Assembly: GCF_009914755.1 (NCBI RefSeq)
Contig: NC_060933.1
DNA: 64,000 nucleotides
Strand: one strand, 5' to 3'
Source of the DNA: the human T2T-CHM13v2.0 reference genome, Homo sapiens
Position 1 is the first letter of the stretch. The number at the start of each line of letters is the position of its first letter. This document shows, piece by piece, positions 1 through 17,130 of this stretch. The translations under genes and the position numbers were made by a program. The notes under the pieces are model-generated. The model did not search any database, was not told the DNA's origin, and saw nothing but the letters and a program-made list of their open reading frames with translations.

Positions 1-1419
1 CACCCGAGCAAGCCACTATAGAAAATGGGGCCAGTAATGCGCCCACCTCACCGGGCTGAGTGAGGTCTGAATGAAATGACAGAGAGTACAAGGCATGTGG
101 TGGATGCTACGTAAATGGTGGTAGCTAGTAATAGGAACAAAACGGGTGCTGAAAACTCTTAAGTGTTGGGTCCTGGGTTGATAAGGGAGGTGAGATCTAA
201 AGATACAAGTAGGAGGTGCCAGGTAGGTGTCCAGGAAAAAACTGAAAGAGTTGTTGTTCACACTCTGTTAAAAGGCCTTGAAGGCCATAACGAAGCTTTG
301 GGTGGGGGGAAGTCAGAAATCCCTCATGTATTAAATGACTTGACTTTCCCTACAAAAGAAGCGAACCAGTTTCCCAGTAAACATCCCACCCCATAACTAT
401 TTTTGAGGCATTCATAGGCTTAAGACCAATGAATTTTTACATCACCCCCGGGGGAATTGCATTTGCAATGACTTCTGCCTACATTTAACTTTTGATCTAG
501 TTCTTTGTACACTGACAAAAGTTCACAGCCAACCATTTCTCTTCAGGACAAGTGTGAGAACTTTCTGCATACTGCTGAAGGCAAGGGAGATTTTGAGTTT
601 AGCAAGGTTTTCTCTCCTTAAGAAGGTTATCTTTTTACGAGACACAAGTTATTGAAACTAGGCGGGGCCACTTTAGTCCTGTGTACAATAATATGTGTAG
701 TAATATAAATAGTAATTTAAAAAGTCATGCAGACTTGGTTGGGGAGAGGCATGAAGTTTGGGTGTGGTGGGGGCGGGGTGAAGCGGTAGAAGGGTTCGCA
801 ATCACTGCTGAAACTTTCAACATATTCTACCAACAATATGAGCCACCAGGGAATTCCTTGCCTCATCTCTAGAACGAATCCCATTAAGCAGTTGTGGCTA
901 CAGATGAATTTATCTAGGTTGAGAGCTGATTCCCAATAACATGCCTCATTGATTTGACTCTAAGCAGTAATCAGGGGCCCAACAGTTGTTGGACCAACCA
1001 GCCTTGATTTTCCAGAGAAGGTGATTTGGTATATGGTAGTGTCTGAGGGTGAGATTGCCCCAGATGGGAGTGGAGGGAAGCAGAACAGTTTTCTCTGGTG
1101 TTTTACTGAGTTTTTGTCTTGATCCTAAATCCAAGGGTTAGGGTCAGAAACACAGACTCAGAGGTTAGATTTAACACCCATTTAGTGGGTTAAACACATC
1201 AATGGTTATGTGAACTTTGTTAAGGTTTAAAAAGCTATTTAGGGCCTGTTTCTCCCTCATAGGAATTTTTGCAATCAGCCTTTTTAGTAGATGCCCATAT
1301 AGAAAGTGAATTTGGGAGGGTCTAAGGTGGTATTACTATTAAACTTTTTGAAAAGGCTGTGTGATAGCAATGGAAAAAAAAATTCAGGCATGGAAATCCA
1401 ATATGCAGTATTGCAGTAG

Positions 1420-1632
<213 letters not shown>

Positions 1633-3206
1633 TAGGAAAGCAGTTGAGCTAGTATGCTGCATACATTGTAGTGTGAGAGGCAGAGTTCCGAGTTGGAGAG
1701 TGTCTGCTTCCACTTTTTCCATTTGATTAGGAAAAGCACTTCTTAGAACTGGGTGACTGACAGCTAGAGCCCCAGAAGACCTGCACAAGCTGGGGCAATG
1801 GCTACCCATAACAGTGACGGCTCCATTCTGTTTTTTAAAGGGATTGGTGTCTCTATCATCCAGCTGGCCATTAAACAACCAAAGCTTCATCATCCTAGAT
1901 AACCTGTGAGCTCTCAGAGGAGACAGAGTAAGGACTATCATACCCCCAAAATACCTAATCATTTAATAAAGCATTTTCTCTACCTTTTATGCTATCCCAA
2001 AACAGTGCTTTCCAAAGTCTGGTATACAGACAGACTTACAGGTGGTGCAGAGAGATACATATTCTATTTTTCAATTATGATGCATGAATATTATATGTTA
2101 GGAATAAAAACAGAAAACCAGCTACCACATCCATTTATTTCATGGCTAGATTGCTTAGAATGAGGCAAAAATAAATATTAAGTAAAGCAGTGAGTTTGCT
2201 TTAAGAAAAATTATCAACTCTGGGAATGAGTAATATGAGGCTAAGGCAAAAATGGTAAAGCTAGCCCTTGACATCTGAGGTGTGCATAATACTGCTTAAA
2301 ATATGAGTGTGGTGCTTACTTATAGAGAGCCTGGTATACCTTGACCACGCCTTCAAGAAAGTCAAACACAGAATGGCCCAGAATAGCCAGGAAAGTTGAA
2401 TTTGATGGACTTTCTGTCTTAAGCGTGTGCATCCTGCTCTTATCCACTCAGATCTCTTAGATGTGGTTGCAGACAGTGTATTTGTAGAGCTAGCTGTTTG
2501 TTTTAACGTCTGGCCCAATTCTCATTCCTTTCTCTGCTTCCACAAGCCATTCTGCAGTTTTTAAAGGTCTGTTGGTATGATATTTTTGATATGATAGAGT
2601 GATAGGGGAGGAAGTATTTTGGCACTGATGAAGGACATCACTGTATTATCAAGTGACTCTTGCTCATGATTCATTGCCGAAGAATGTGGACAGCCAAACA
2701 GCCTCACCTGTAAATGCATTTAATTTCTCAAAGTCTTTCAGAAGAATGCCAACTGGATGAGTTTTTTTTTCTTATTTTTTTTTTTAATATGAAGCTTGTA
2801 TTGGTCTGTAAAATAGGCTTTAACAAGGATTTTCGTAGGAACAGGAAGCCTTGAGGTAGAAAACAAGTATCCCTGCTTTGACCTAGAGAGATGCATGCTC
2901 ATGGCAGGCGAATGAATCAAGGAGAAGAGAAAATACTGTTTCAGTAGACTCTCTAGTGATGTGTGTGTTCACACCATTTATGAGAAATCCTAAGCTTTCA
3001 ATTAGTAACTTGTACTTTAGTCATTTAAAATCAGCACAGATGTTTGTTTAGTGCCTCTGCCAGATGGTTAAAGTTAAATCAGGTTTTTTAACCTGAAAAA
3101 CGTAATGTAGCTTTCCTTAACCATTTACACACCATTGTATATTGCAGACCATAGTCAGATACATTTTGTTATAATGAATGTTTATTTTACCTTTTAGCTC
3201 AATTAG

Positions 3207-3596
<390 letters not shown>

Positions 3597-4993
3597 TGAA
3601 AGTGAATCTCTTAATGGATCTTCCATGAATCAAATATTTGTGTTTTAGTAAGTTAGGCTGACCAAAAGATTTCGAATCATACCTTTAATCATGGCAAGGA
3701 TCTTATGTCACATTCTTGAGTACACATGTTCACTAAATTTTACCTATATGTGTATGTGAACATGGACTTCAGAATTAATTAGTGTGGTAATTATTATTTC
3801 TGTTGTAGACTTTAATCAGCCATATTAAATATATGCATCATGTTCACAGAGAAAACATGGTATCATCTTTGGAAACTTTACAGTATGCTCTATATTATAG
3901 ATACCCTATATAACTACGGTACTAAACACACGAGTTAGTGACAAGTCAGGCATTTGGAGGGAATGTTTGTAACCCATTGTGGGAGAGAGTTATTAGAATA
4001 GTTATTCTTACTGGTAGGTAACAGTTATGGCTGTAATGAATAGAATGTGACTAAAATCCAGTTATGCCTTTGCCATCGTATTAAAAGCTTTGGTGGAGAC
4101 GTGAGAACATTGCAGATACTTTGGATTTTGTCACTTGAGTTGAAGGTAAACAGAGAAAACAGTACTTTCTAGTCATCAGTAGGAATTAACTCTTCCAGGA
4201 CATGTAGCTTCAAGGACCTTCTAGGTTCTTCTGAGGGGGAAATAATGTTCCACTTGGGGCCATTTTTTTCCATTTGTTGAGAGTCATTTGTTTTCAGAGT
4301 ATTAAAGGAAGTGTTCCGAGTTCTAGGTTGTGTTTCTTTGATGCCTACTAAAGCTGAGCACACCTGAGACCCTGGGTGGAGCTCTACAATGGGAACAGGA
4401 GTAAGTAATGTAGGCTTCGAGAGACAATCATTCTGCTCTCAGTCCTTGGAAGACTGTTCCTAGGTATATATGGCAAAGCAGATGAAATTATTTGAGGGAA
4501 TTAATTAGCAAAACTAAACATTTCTGTTTTTGAAAGGAATGAATCATTTGGAAGGAACTTCCTGGTGAGCTCAGTTTTAGCAGCCTGGTTTCTGCGTTAC
4601 CCTTCTGCAGTCTGGCTGAATCAATTGTGTTCTTGCCTGTGATTGGTGAGGATGCACATGCTAGTATTTATTCTAGCCCTTATCACTTCCCATCAGCCCT
4701 GAGCCCCTCCCTGGTCTGAGTCATCTTGGTAACCCCAGAAGCTAACAGAGCACCAACACATCCACTAAACGTTGGACTGACTTGATTTGGGGCAGGCTTG
4801 TTGTATAAGCTAGTAGGAATAAGAGACTAATTGAGAAATTAGGACAGTGGATTCCTGACATTTATATAGTGAGTAGATGATCGTTTGTTAGAATTGCGAA
4901 TTTCATCCAGAGAATTTTGTCCAAAAAAAATTATAGAATTTCATCTAGACCATTTTTGTAATGGCATGGAAGCAGCATTAGCTGCACCACTGA

Positions 4994-5342
<349 letters not shown>

Positions 5343-6183
5343 TAGTTCTCAGTTTCTTTATCAGAAAATGAGTAGTTACAGTTGATCATCTCAAAGTCTT
5401 TTGTGCTTAAGATTCTGAAGGTTTTGAAGTTTGAGTATAAAGCCTAGAGAACATTCTAAATTATTTCCATTGGTTCTTCTCATCTTAAAATGTTTTTGTG
5501 CTCCTTAAACTACGTTTGTGTTTGCTTGCTTGCTTTCTTTTTTTTTTAGAGATCCAGTGGATTATCTCTGAAAAGCATTTTTTAAAAAGACAGAGTCCAA
5601 GAGTGGCTGGTAGTTGTTTTGCTCATAAAGTGATGGAAAGATCTATTATTCAGTTGCAGCTTAAATTATGTACCAGCACCACGTGTGCTGGATTCTCTTC
5701 CTTACTTTGCAGCTTAAGCCAGCAACTGCAACCATCTTGCAGAGCTTCTTGAGAATCCTTCTTCCTCTTCCTCTTCCTCTCCACCCCCATGGACTTCTCC
5801 CCGGGCCTCATTGCCTGTGACATACGCTTGGAAGGAGGGGCAGGCCTGCAGCTGGGAGCCCTTTCTGATTTGTTCTTCACAAATGTGTTGAAGATGAGCC
5901 TACTGGTCACTGCTGCAAAAAACCACATTGTTCACTGGTGTAAAATCACTGCTGTCATCTGAGTTTCAGCATAACTTCAGGCATGTTGGAGTTTTTCAAC
6001 GTCACCTCAGGCAGAGCACTTTGCCTTCCTTGGGCTGGTCTGTTTAGTGTCTGGGTGAGTTTTAAGAGAGGAGAGACATTGTGGCATCTTAGACACTCAC
6101 TGAAATTTTCCAGAAATGGAGCTGGAAACATTTGTGCGTTTCCTTCTGGTGTTATTGTTAAAGCCTAAAAACAAGGGCAAGTG

Positions 6184-6247
6184 GCAACACATTGAAATGA
6201 AGAAGCCCCAAGTTTGCAACACATTGAAAGGAAGAGGCCCCAAGTTC
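6184..6247. repeat. 32-bp tandem duplication
   Basis: gcaacacattgaaa(t/g)gaaga(a/g)gccccaagtt(t/c) twice, 3 mismatches. Confidence 0.85.
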
Positions 6248-6578
6248 GTTTTGAGCCTAAATTGAATTTTAATCAAAGGTCTGAGAGAAATATTTAGTCT
6301 ACTTATACTATTTAAGTGCACAGTTTGGCAGATGACTTTGGGCAGTGAAGGATCTGGAAGAGGCAGGAAAGGTAGACTCAATCTGCCAGACTTAGAGCTA
6401 AAAAAATTTGCCTGGTATGTTTCCATGAAGAAAATTTTCCTGTAGAAGCAGTGGCATGACCTCTGTTACAAGTCTGCTTATTGATAATGAAGCTTTTTCT
6501 GTGTTATCAATTTCGTTGAATTTATATGTATGTATATACATATACACACACACAAATCTCAAGTAGAGAGCTTGATGA

Positions 6579-7500
<922 letters not shown>

Positions 7501-7543
7501 GGTTAGGGATTTTTTAAAAAACTTATTTTAGATTAAAAAAAAT

Positions 7544-7810
<267 letters not shown>

Positions 7811-8534
7811 AGGTTACAGATGTTTAACTTTGATTCTTTACCTCTGAAGTCAGATAAACCTGGGTGTGAATTCTTTTGTCCTGCCACTTGCTTGCTTGAC
7901 TTTGAGCAATTTACCTTTTTCTCATGTTCAGTTTTCTCAGTTGTAAAATAGGCCTACCCTATCAGTCATGGTTCAGTCAAGAAGACATGTCATTCTAGCT
8001 ATTTCAAGGAGAAGGGGATTCAATACAGAGTATTAGTTGCCTTCAGAACAAAGAAAAGGCGAGATGCGCAAAAAATGGAAGCCCACCGCTGGCTTTCTGA
8101 TTTGCCGCAAAAAAAGTTAGAAAGCTGCTGCCACCCAGAGAAGACTCAGAAGGTCTTGCTTGACCTTCCACCTTCTCAGCATCTCCAGCCTTGAGGCTGG
8201 TGAAAGGGCAGGGAATCTGGACATGCTGTAAAGCTCATGTCTGAGGAATCCAACTTTTGCCTGCTACTGCTGCTGTCTGTAGGAAGAAGAAAAACAAATG
8301 GCTTCTGCTTTCCTTCATCCTTCCAAATCTCAAACACGTGTACCTCGCTGGTAGAACCCTGTTGGCAAGAGAGATGGGGGATCTCTGGTAGAAACAGAAA
8401 CTCAGTGCCAGCAAAGAAGAAATGGCATAGATGCCACCTGGGGTTGCTTTGAGGTGCTCAGTAAATGGCAGTGGTTATAATTTATTATTTTCATCATTCC
8501 TCAAGAACTGCTGCTGCAGTTCAGACTGATTTCT

Positions 8535-9219
<685 letters not shown>

Positions 9220-9678
9220 TAAGAGCTCCGTGTCACATAAGGTGTTGTTTTTCTGGAAGGGCCTTCCAGATTCTGTATCTATTGCTCTGTGATTCTAGGT
9301 ACTTTTCTAAAGGTATAAGCTTGAGAAATTAGTTTTCAAGTCTGTAAGTTAATGTAGAGCTGAAAGGTGACTTAATTCTAAGAGTTGCTGCTTTAATGTA
9401 TAATTTTATGGAACCTAATGAGTGTTTTCTTTTTAAAGTCATCCCACTTTATTATTAATAAAATAAAAGGTAATATATAAATCTGGCTGATAGATGGGGT
9501 TACTTTTTTCCCTGTCTTTAGCTTCCTTTGTGTTCTGATAAATGAGATGGAAGATTTTTATCATATTTTGTACCTCAAATCTCTCGCGGAGGGAACACTG
9601 TAGTCTACCAAAACAGCTGGCAGAAGTGTCTGTCCTATTATAAGTTTATTTTATGAAACATGAGCTATAATGTAGTCC

Positions 9679-9865
9679 TTTTTTTTTTTTTTTTCTTTTT
9701 TTGGAGACGGAGTCTCGGTCGCGCCTGGCTAATTTTTTGTATTTTTTAGTAGAGATGGGGTTTCACCGTGTTAGCCAGGATGGCCTCGATCTCCTGACCT
9801 CATGATCCGCCTGCCTTGGCCTCCCAAAGTGCTGGGATTACAGGTGTGAGCCGCCGCGCCCGGCC
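9679..9865 (-). mobile_element. AluY-like with most of the right arm deleted
   Basis: gagacggagtctcg jumps to cgcctggctaatttt; TSD-like aatgtagt on both sides. Confidence 0.85.
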
Positions 9866-12800
9866 AATGTAGTGGTTTTAAGACATTTAAAAATCTTGAA
9901 CCAATGTTGGCAACAGCCTGTCTGTAATGATGTCACATGTGGAAAGAACCGAGTTTTTCTTAACTTTAGAATGTGAATTTTTTCCTCCTTCAAATACTTT
10001 TTCCTATAACCCAGACCTATTTTACTTTCCAGGGACCCTACTAGTACTGCCCTAAGGTAATTTGCTAGAAATGGAGTGGTCAAGATGTATTGATTAACGT
10101 TTTAGGCATACTTCTGTAGTACTACTTCCGAAGGCTCCTTGCAGAGAAATTTGAAGTGATAAGGAAGGCAAATATTCGAAATGGAAAGATAAGTATAACC
10201 AGTGACTATTTCAGCCACTGGTTTAGCAGTTCAAGTGAGCTGGCTGTTTGTAAAGCTTGCTTAGTAAATGAATGTGCTAGAAATATATTGACAGAATTTG
10301 GTTTTATCTCTTTTTCTCCAGACTTTTAGTCGGCCAGGGCTAACAATGGATGTCCAAACAGTTTACAGTGGCTGATGCACAATGCACAAAGGGCTTCACT
10401 GTTTGGAGACTGGAAAATAGAGCCAGAGGGGAGCTTCTTATGGGCATTGACCTAATTCACTCCTTTTGGCAAAAATGCTTGGTTTTAAATCAATGTATGT
10501 ATTTCTGACCCAAATATCTATAAATATTTCAGCTAGTAGTGTTACAGCTGGAGGAAGGGACCCGTGGTGTTGCTTCGTGTATTTTGATTTGACAATATTC
10601 TTTAGAAATAAATTGTCAAGTGAACTAATATTACACAAAAGTTAGGGAAAGTTAAGAGAGGCAGCTGAAATTCCATCAGTTTCCTCCTTAGTCCCTGGAA
10701 CCTCCCCACAATCAGGAATTTGTTAGTCACCTGGTTTTTAAAGATAAATTTCTCTGTGGGCGTTTCTGCTGAGAAATGTGGGGAAACAGGACTGGGCTAA
10801 AAATAAAATTAGTTCAGGCATTGCTAAACTTCTAAGTATCATGTTTGTGATGTACTTTTCCAGGAAACATAAATTGGCAATATTTTTGCTCCTTTTTACT
10901 ACCACAGAAAGAATATTTGCAGTCAGCATGCACGGCCTGAAAGAATCTCTCTCGCCTATTAATAGAACAGAAGGAACATACACATGTCTATGTGGGGGAA
11001 AAACATCTCATTTGGCTTAGTAGTAAGCTCCAAATAACAATTGCATTGTTGTTCTGAATTGTCTTTGAGTGTGATTGGATGATTAAATATAAATGTTGAC
11101 CTGATTGGATTATATCACAGCAATGAACTGTCCTGAAAAAACAGCTGTAACATACCACTCCAGACTGTTACCAGACTTAGTCGGCTGGCTTTATATTTGT
11201 GTTGTCAAAACTGGGATGCTGTCATTTCTGTTTCTCTGTCTCTTTCGTCTGTTCCAATTTGAGATATACTGACTATGTTAGTGTAGTCTGCTACATGGAT
11301 AGTCCTTTATCTTTCAGCAACATAAGCAACATAAGCTTTTTGACTGAGACGAGCGTAATCAAAAGGAATGCTGGGAAACAGTGAACTGTAAAAAATGTCC
11401 TCAATTAGATACAGGCTTCAGTGCATGGGTTTATCCTTTCAGAAGATCGGTGTGTTTTCAGTGAGGGTCTAAACCCACTGGCCTGGATTCCACCTCTTGT
11501 TGGATGGGTGGTCAGTTTTAACATTAGGGGGTGTTGATTGTGAGCTCTTGAGAGCAGGGCTGGTTCTTTGCATTCCTAGGTAGGCATGATGTAGAGTAGT
11601 TGCTCAGTAAATAGGGGAAGGTGAAAGGAAGAGAAGGGAGAAGGTGAGTCTCAAAAGACTGGAATGTGATAAGCACACGTTTATCACACTGGGGGTGTAT
11701 TCTCTCCCTTTTCTTAGAGTATTCCTTGCCTCCTGAAAAAAGCACTTTGCAGGAAATATGGAGATCTTCTGAACCTGTGGCTTTGTGTTATTGGACTGAG
11801 AAGTCCAAAATGTGCATTAGCGGAGCTTATAGAACTGCTCTGAGAATGTGTTCTTGAGTTCTACAAATATTATGGGGTGCGTTGGGGGCTGGCTCACTCC
11901 AGCTCAGTTCCCATGTGTTAAGTGGAACTTCTGATCTGTTGAATGCCTAACCATGACGGAGCCCAGGAGACAAAGTAAGGTGTGGTTTGTTTTGCTGTAA
12001 GACCACGTTTGGTTAGCTTTTCTCTAGCAAAGCTGGGGAAGGAGATCACAGGGCTGATGTGGTGGTAGGCCCTTGGTGTAGATCTCACTGACTTTTCCCA
12101 GTCAACTAGGAGTAAATGTTAACCCTATTTTATAGGTGGGAAACGGAGGCTCAGAAACATTAAGTAAATTGCCCAGTGTCACACGGCTTGTGTGACAGGG
12201 AGGGGATTTGAGCCAAGGTCCATTTGATGAATTTGAAACCTGTAGATTCTGTCAATTCCACCAGTCTCTGCTTTTTAGAATCACAGTGGCAAGAAAATAG
12301 GAGAAGCTCAAGGCCCTGTGTTGATTATTAGGAGTTTAAACATCATCGCTGAAAGTGCATAGAAATATTTGTATTCCTAGAGAATCTTAAGTAAAAGTAA
12401 CATATCAATGTTGTCAAGAGATGTCTTCATTCATCAGAGACCTCTGTGTGTTCATTACTGTATGAGACCCCAAAGACTCTAAGTTGCCTCTAAGACACAG
12501 CCTTACAGGGAGGTATTAAGTGATTATGTATACAGCTAGCTAAAACCACAACTTTATTATAGAAATATTAAGAATATGTCTTATCATGTGAGAGTATTCT
12601 TTCTTCAAGTCCATAGCCTCCAGTTAGAAATGGCTGTGTTGTCCCATCAACCCCTTCACTCAAAAACTATCATTAATATCAGGAAAAACTTATGGTTACA
12701 AACTCCTGGGTTATAGAATTGGAAGGAAAAACTTAGATATGCTGTGTTTGGGAGCTTGCCTTGAGGATTGGAATTCCATTGCAAGTTACCTTGGGGTCAA

Positions 12801-13268
12801 AGTACATCCCCTAAAACATCAAATACCTCCAAGAGGTTTTAGGCTATCAGACAGCCACACTTTAATGTGGAGTAGACTAGTCAGCTTTCTTCTACTATCT
12901 AACTGACACCATACACATTGTTAAAGAGATAATTTTGATTGGGGATGAAGATAGGGAATTTTGAAGCCAGAACATTCTGGTGATGGAGCAGATACTGCCG
13001 AGATGTTGGCCTCGGGACAGCCTGGAGGAGGAGGACACTGATAAACAGAGCAACCAGCCCAAGGGGTGGAAAGACCTAGGAAGTCTCCACATACAAATTT
13101 TGCTTCTTTCCTGTTTCTCCACTGAACCCTGGGAAGGGTGCTTATTTCTCTCCTCACTGTCTTTCCCCAGGACCCAGAATTGATAGGTTAGTTGAGTTTC
13201 TGTGGGCAGTCTAAGGTTGTGTTACTATTTAAAATGTTAGTAACATTTTCAGATTCACTGAGATTCTT

Positions 13269-13476
13269 GCTGAGTGTGGTGGCATATGCCTGTGGTCCCA
13301 ACTACTTGGAGACTGAGGCAGGCAGGAGGATCGCTTGAGCCCAGGAGTTGGAGGCTACAGTGAGTTCTGATTGTCCTGCGAATAGGAATAGCCACTGCAG
13401 TCCAGCCTGAGCACCACAGTGGAGACTCCACTTTTTTTTTTTTTTTTAAGTTTAAAAAAGTTAAAAAAAAAAAAAA
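13269..13476 (+). mobile_element. FAM (fossil Alu monomer) with T16 before the A-rich tail
   Basis: FAM-diagnostic segment ...gaatagccactgcagtccagcc. Confidence 0.8.
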
Positions 13477-13625
13477 GACAAAGAAAAAGGAAAGTTGATT
13501 TTTGGTTCTAACTCAGTTGTGACAAACGGTGGATATATGGTTCTGACCACATTCTAAATTGGACTTGATGGTGGGCAAGGGAAACTTCCAATGCCTATCC
13601 CCTCACTTTAAAAAAACTTCTCCTG

Positions 13626-14025
<400 letters not shown>

Positions 14026-14567
14026 TCAGGAGCAATGGTTTTTAGTTCTCTGTGTCCAACACAATTCTTCTACACAGTGTCTTGCCCAATACATGTGTTG
14101 GTAATACTGACAAACATAGTTAATCTTCTTCTTTGAAGATTATCTGAAGCAAGATTTTGACCTTAGGTCAGCTTCCCCTGAAGTATGTGATTGGAAACTG
14201 AACGAGTTCAGATTTTAGTTTAGGTAAAAATATAACCAGAGAAGTTGCTACCAAGCATAGTTGACTTTGAGCTGACCTAACTTTTGGATTATGTACTCAC
14301 TAAGAACTTACCTCTTATTAATTAAACAAATACAAGGAAATAAATAACCCAATAAAAACACTCAAAACAAGTTTATCCCCAAATAGTGTACTTGATGCTA
14401 AGGACAGACCTAAAGTTTGTTGAGGATAGAAATGAAAAATGAGGCAAAAGAAACCAGGAATTGAGATGTGTGTGTGCCTGTACCAGCACCCGTGTGAGCC
14501 CCTTGCAGGTAACGACCCATGGTCCCTGCACACCAGTCTTCTGTTACTAAGTTTTGCATAAATTGAG

Positions 14568-14757
14568 TCTGGTGGTTGGCAAGCTACATATAGCCAGCTG
14601 CGTGTTTGTTGTTTTTTCTGCCTGCTAGCTAAGAACTGTTCTTGCATTTTAAATGGTTATGTAAGTATCTATATGATCTCCGTGATTTTGCCTCTTGTAG
14701 TGGCAAGCCTAAAATATTTATTGTCAGGCCCTTTGAGAAAATGTTTCCTGGCTCCTG
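14568..14757. mobile_element. MER58-like hAT DNA transposon
   Basis: gctaagaa...ttttaaatggtt and aagcctaaaatattta...ggccctttgagaaaatgttt end motifs. Confidence 0.6.
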
Positions 14758-15514
14758 CCTCAGACCTCCTGGAAGCAGGGTGTTGGCTTGATTTGTCTCC
14801 TGTTCTGCAATCTGGGAATAGTAGATCAGGATGCTGACTTGTGGGAAGATGCTGGCTGCATGAGATGCCCCTGTCTGCAGTCACTCATAGCTTGGAAAAG
14901 CAAAAAGGAAAAAGGGTTGGATCTGAGCACTGACAGGTTTGCTTCTGGTTTCAATGTAGTAAGGTGACCTGATAACAAGGGCCACTTGAGAAGTTGCAAA
15001 TGCAGATTTCCTCCGTGTTAGGTGGTGACCAATAAAAGCATATTTTGTTTTTAGGATGTAGAAAGGCTATAAAACTGCAATGTCTTTGTATCATCAAACA
15101 TTTCTGTGTTTCTGATGTTTCAGATGTTCCTATTTCTCTGGATTGCAGGATTTCAACTTTGCAACATGTACTGTTGTGTTTCTGAGTTGTTGACTATTTC
15201 AGTTCCAAACAGTTCGTTATTTCCTGTCAGAGGAAACTTCAGAGTAACAGTAAAGTGCTGGTGTGGCTTCAAAGGCTTGGAGAAATGAAAAGCAGTGGAG
15301 AAATTTTGTGAGGTTCCTTTGGCTTAGAAGGTTCAGAAAGGCTTTGAGCGAATGAATGTATGTATCAGTCACTGTTACTCCAGGTCCGTTAGCTGTTTCC
15401 AGACCTTTCTGTGTCCTAAAAACAAACATCATTTTGAGGGTGGGGACTGTGTCCTATGTTGACAGGTCTTTGTTTTCAAAGTCTGATGTACAATAGAGAC
15501 TAAACGTTCAATGA

Positions 15515-15869
<355 letters not shown>

Positions 15870-15960
15870 TGATTGCCGTTGCTACAGTGGGGCTTATATT
15901 AATATTAGAAACACCCCTCATTTGAGTGGTACTTTACAGTTTATAGCAACCTCTACATAA

Positions 15961-16093
15961 AGCTGGGCATGGTGGCACATGCCTGTAATTCCAGCTGCTT
16001 GGGAGACTGAGGCAGGAGGATTGCTCCAGCCCAGAAGTTTAAGACCAGCATGGGCAACATAGCAAGAACTTGTATCAAAAAAAGAAAAAAAAA
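15961..16093 (+). mobile_element. FLAM monomer
   Basis: Single left-type arm with A tail. Confidence 0.8.
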
Positions 16094-16560
16094 ACTTTCA
16101 TGTTAAATTCTCACTTGATCCTCACCAAGAACCCTGTGAGGTGAGTGTTATTCACTGGATGCTTAGAGAACCTAGAGATCATACAGCTGGCTAGTGCGTA
16201 CCAGGAACTTGAACTACTTATAAACTGGAGCAGTCGGAGAAAGCTTGGTGTGTTTGACATTGTCTGTCTCTTGGTCTCCAGGCCCCAAGAGGAAGCAAAA
16301 GCCTAATTCATCTTGGCAAATGCTGTAGAAGTTCTTGCTTGGATTTTCTTTCGCTAGACAGTTTTTGGTGGTGGTTTGTTGCTCTCCTTCAGATAAACAT
16401 TTCTTGATAGTGCAGTTTCTTCCTTCAATATGTTCTTATTCTGGTGTGTACATCCGTTTCTCAGAATGTTTAGTAAACATTTCTGTTGCATACCCTAATG
16501 CCAGTTTCTTACCTACTCCTCAGTAGCGTGCTGCAGCAGTGGCTTTGGGACCTGGTGTAG

Positions 16561-17017
<457 letters not shown>

Positions 17018-17114
17018 TAATTTTTAAAGTCTATTTCTAATTTCATCTAAATTATGTTTTGAAATTTTCAATTCGTAGGGAACCGGCAGTCTCTCCCTTT
17101 TTATTTCTGCATGA

Positions 17115-17130
17115 CTGCACCACCTAGTGG
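17115..17130 (-). promoter_or_regulatory. Candidate CTCF site
   Basis: Minus strand CCACTAGGTGGTGCAG closely matches the core CCASYAGRKGGCRS; non-repeat context. Confidence 0.5.
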
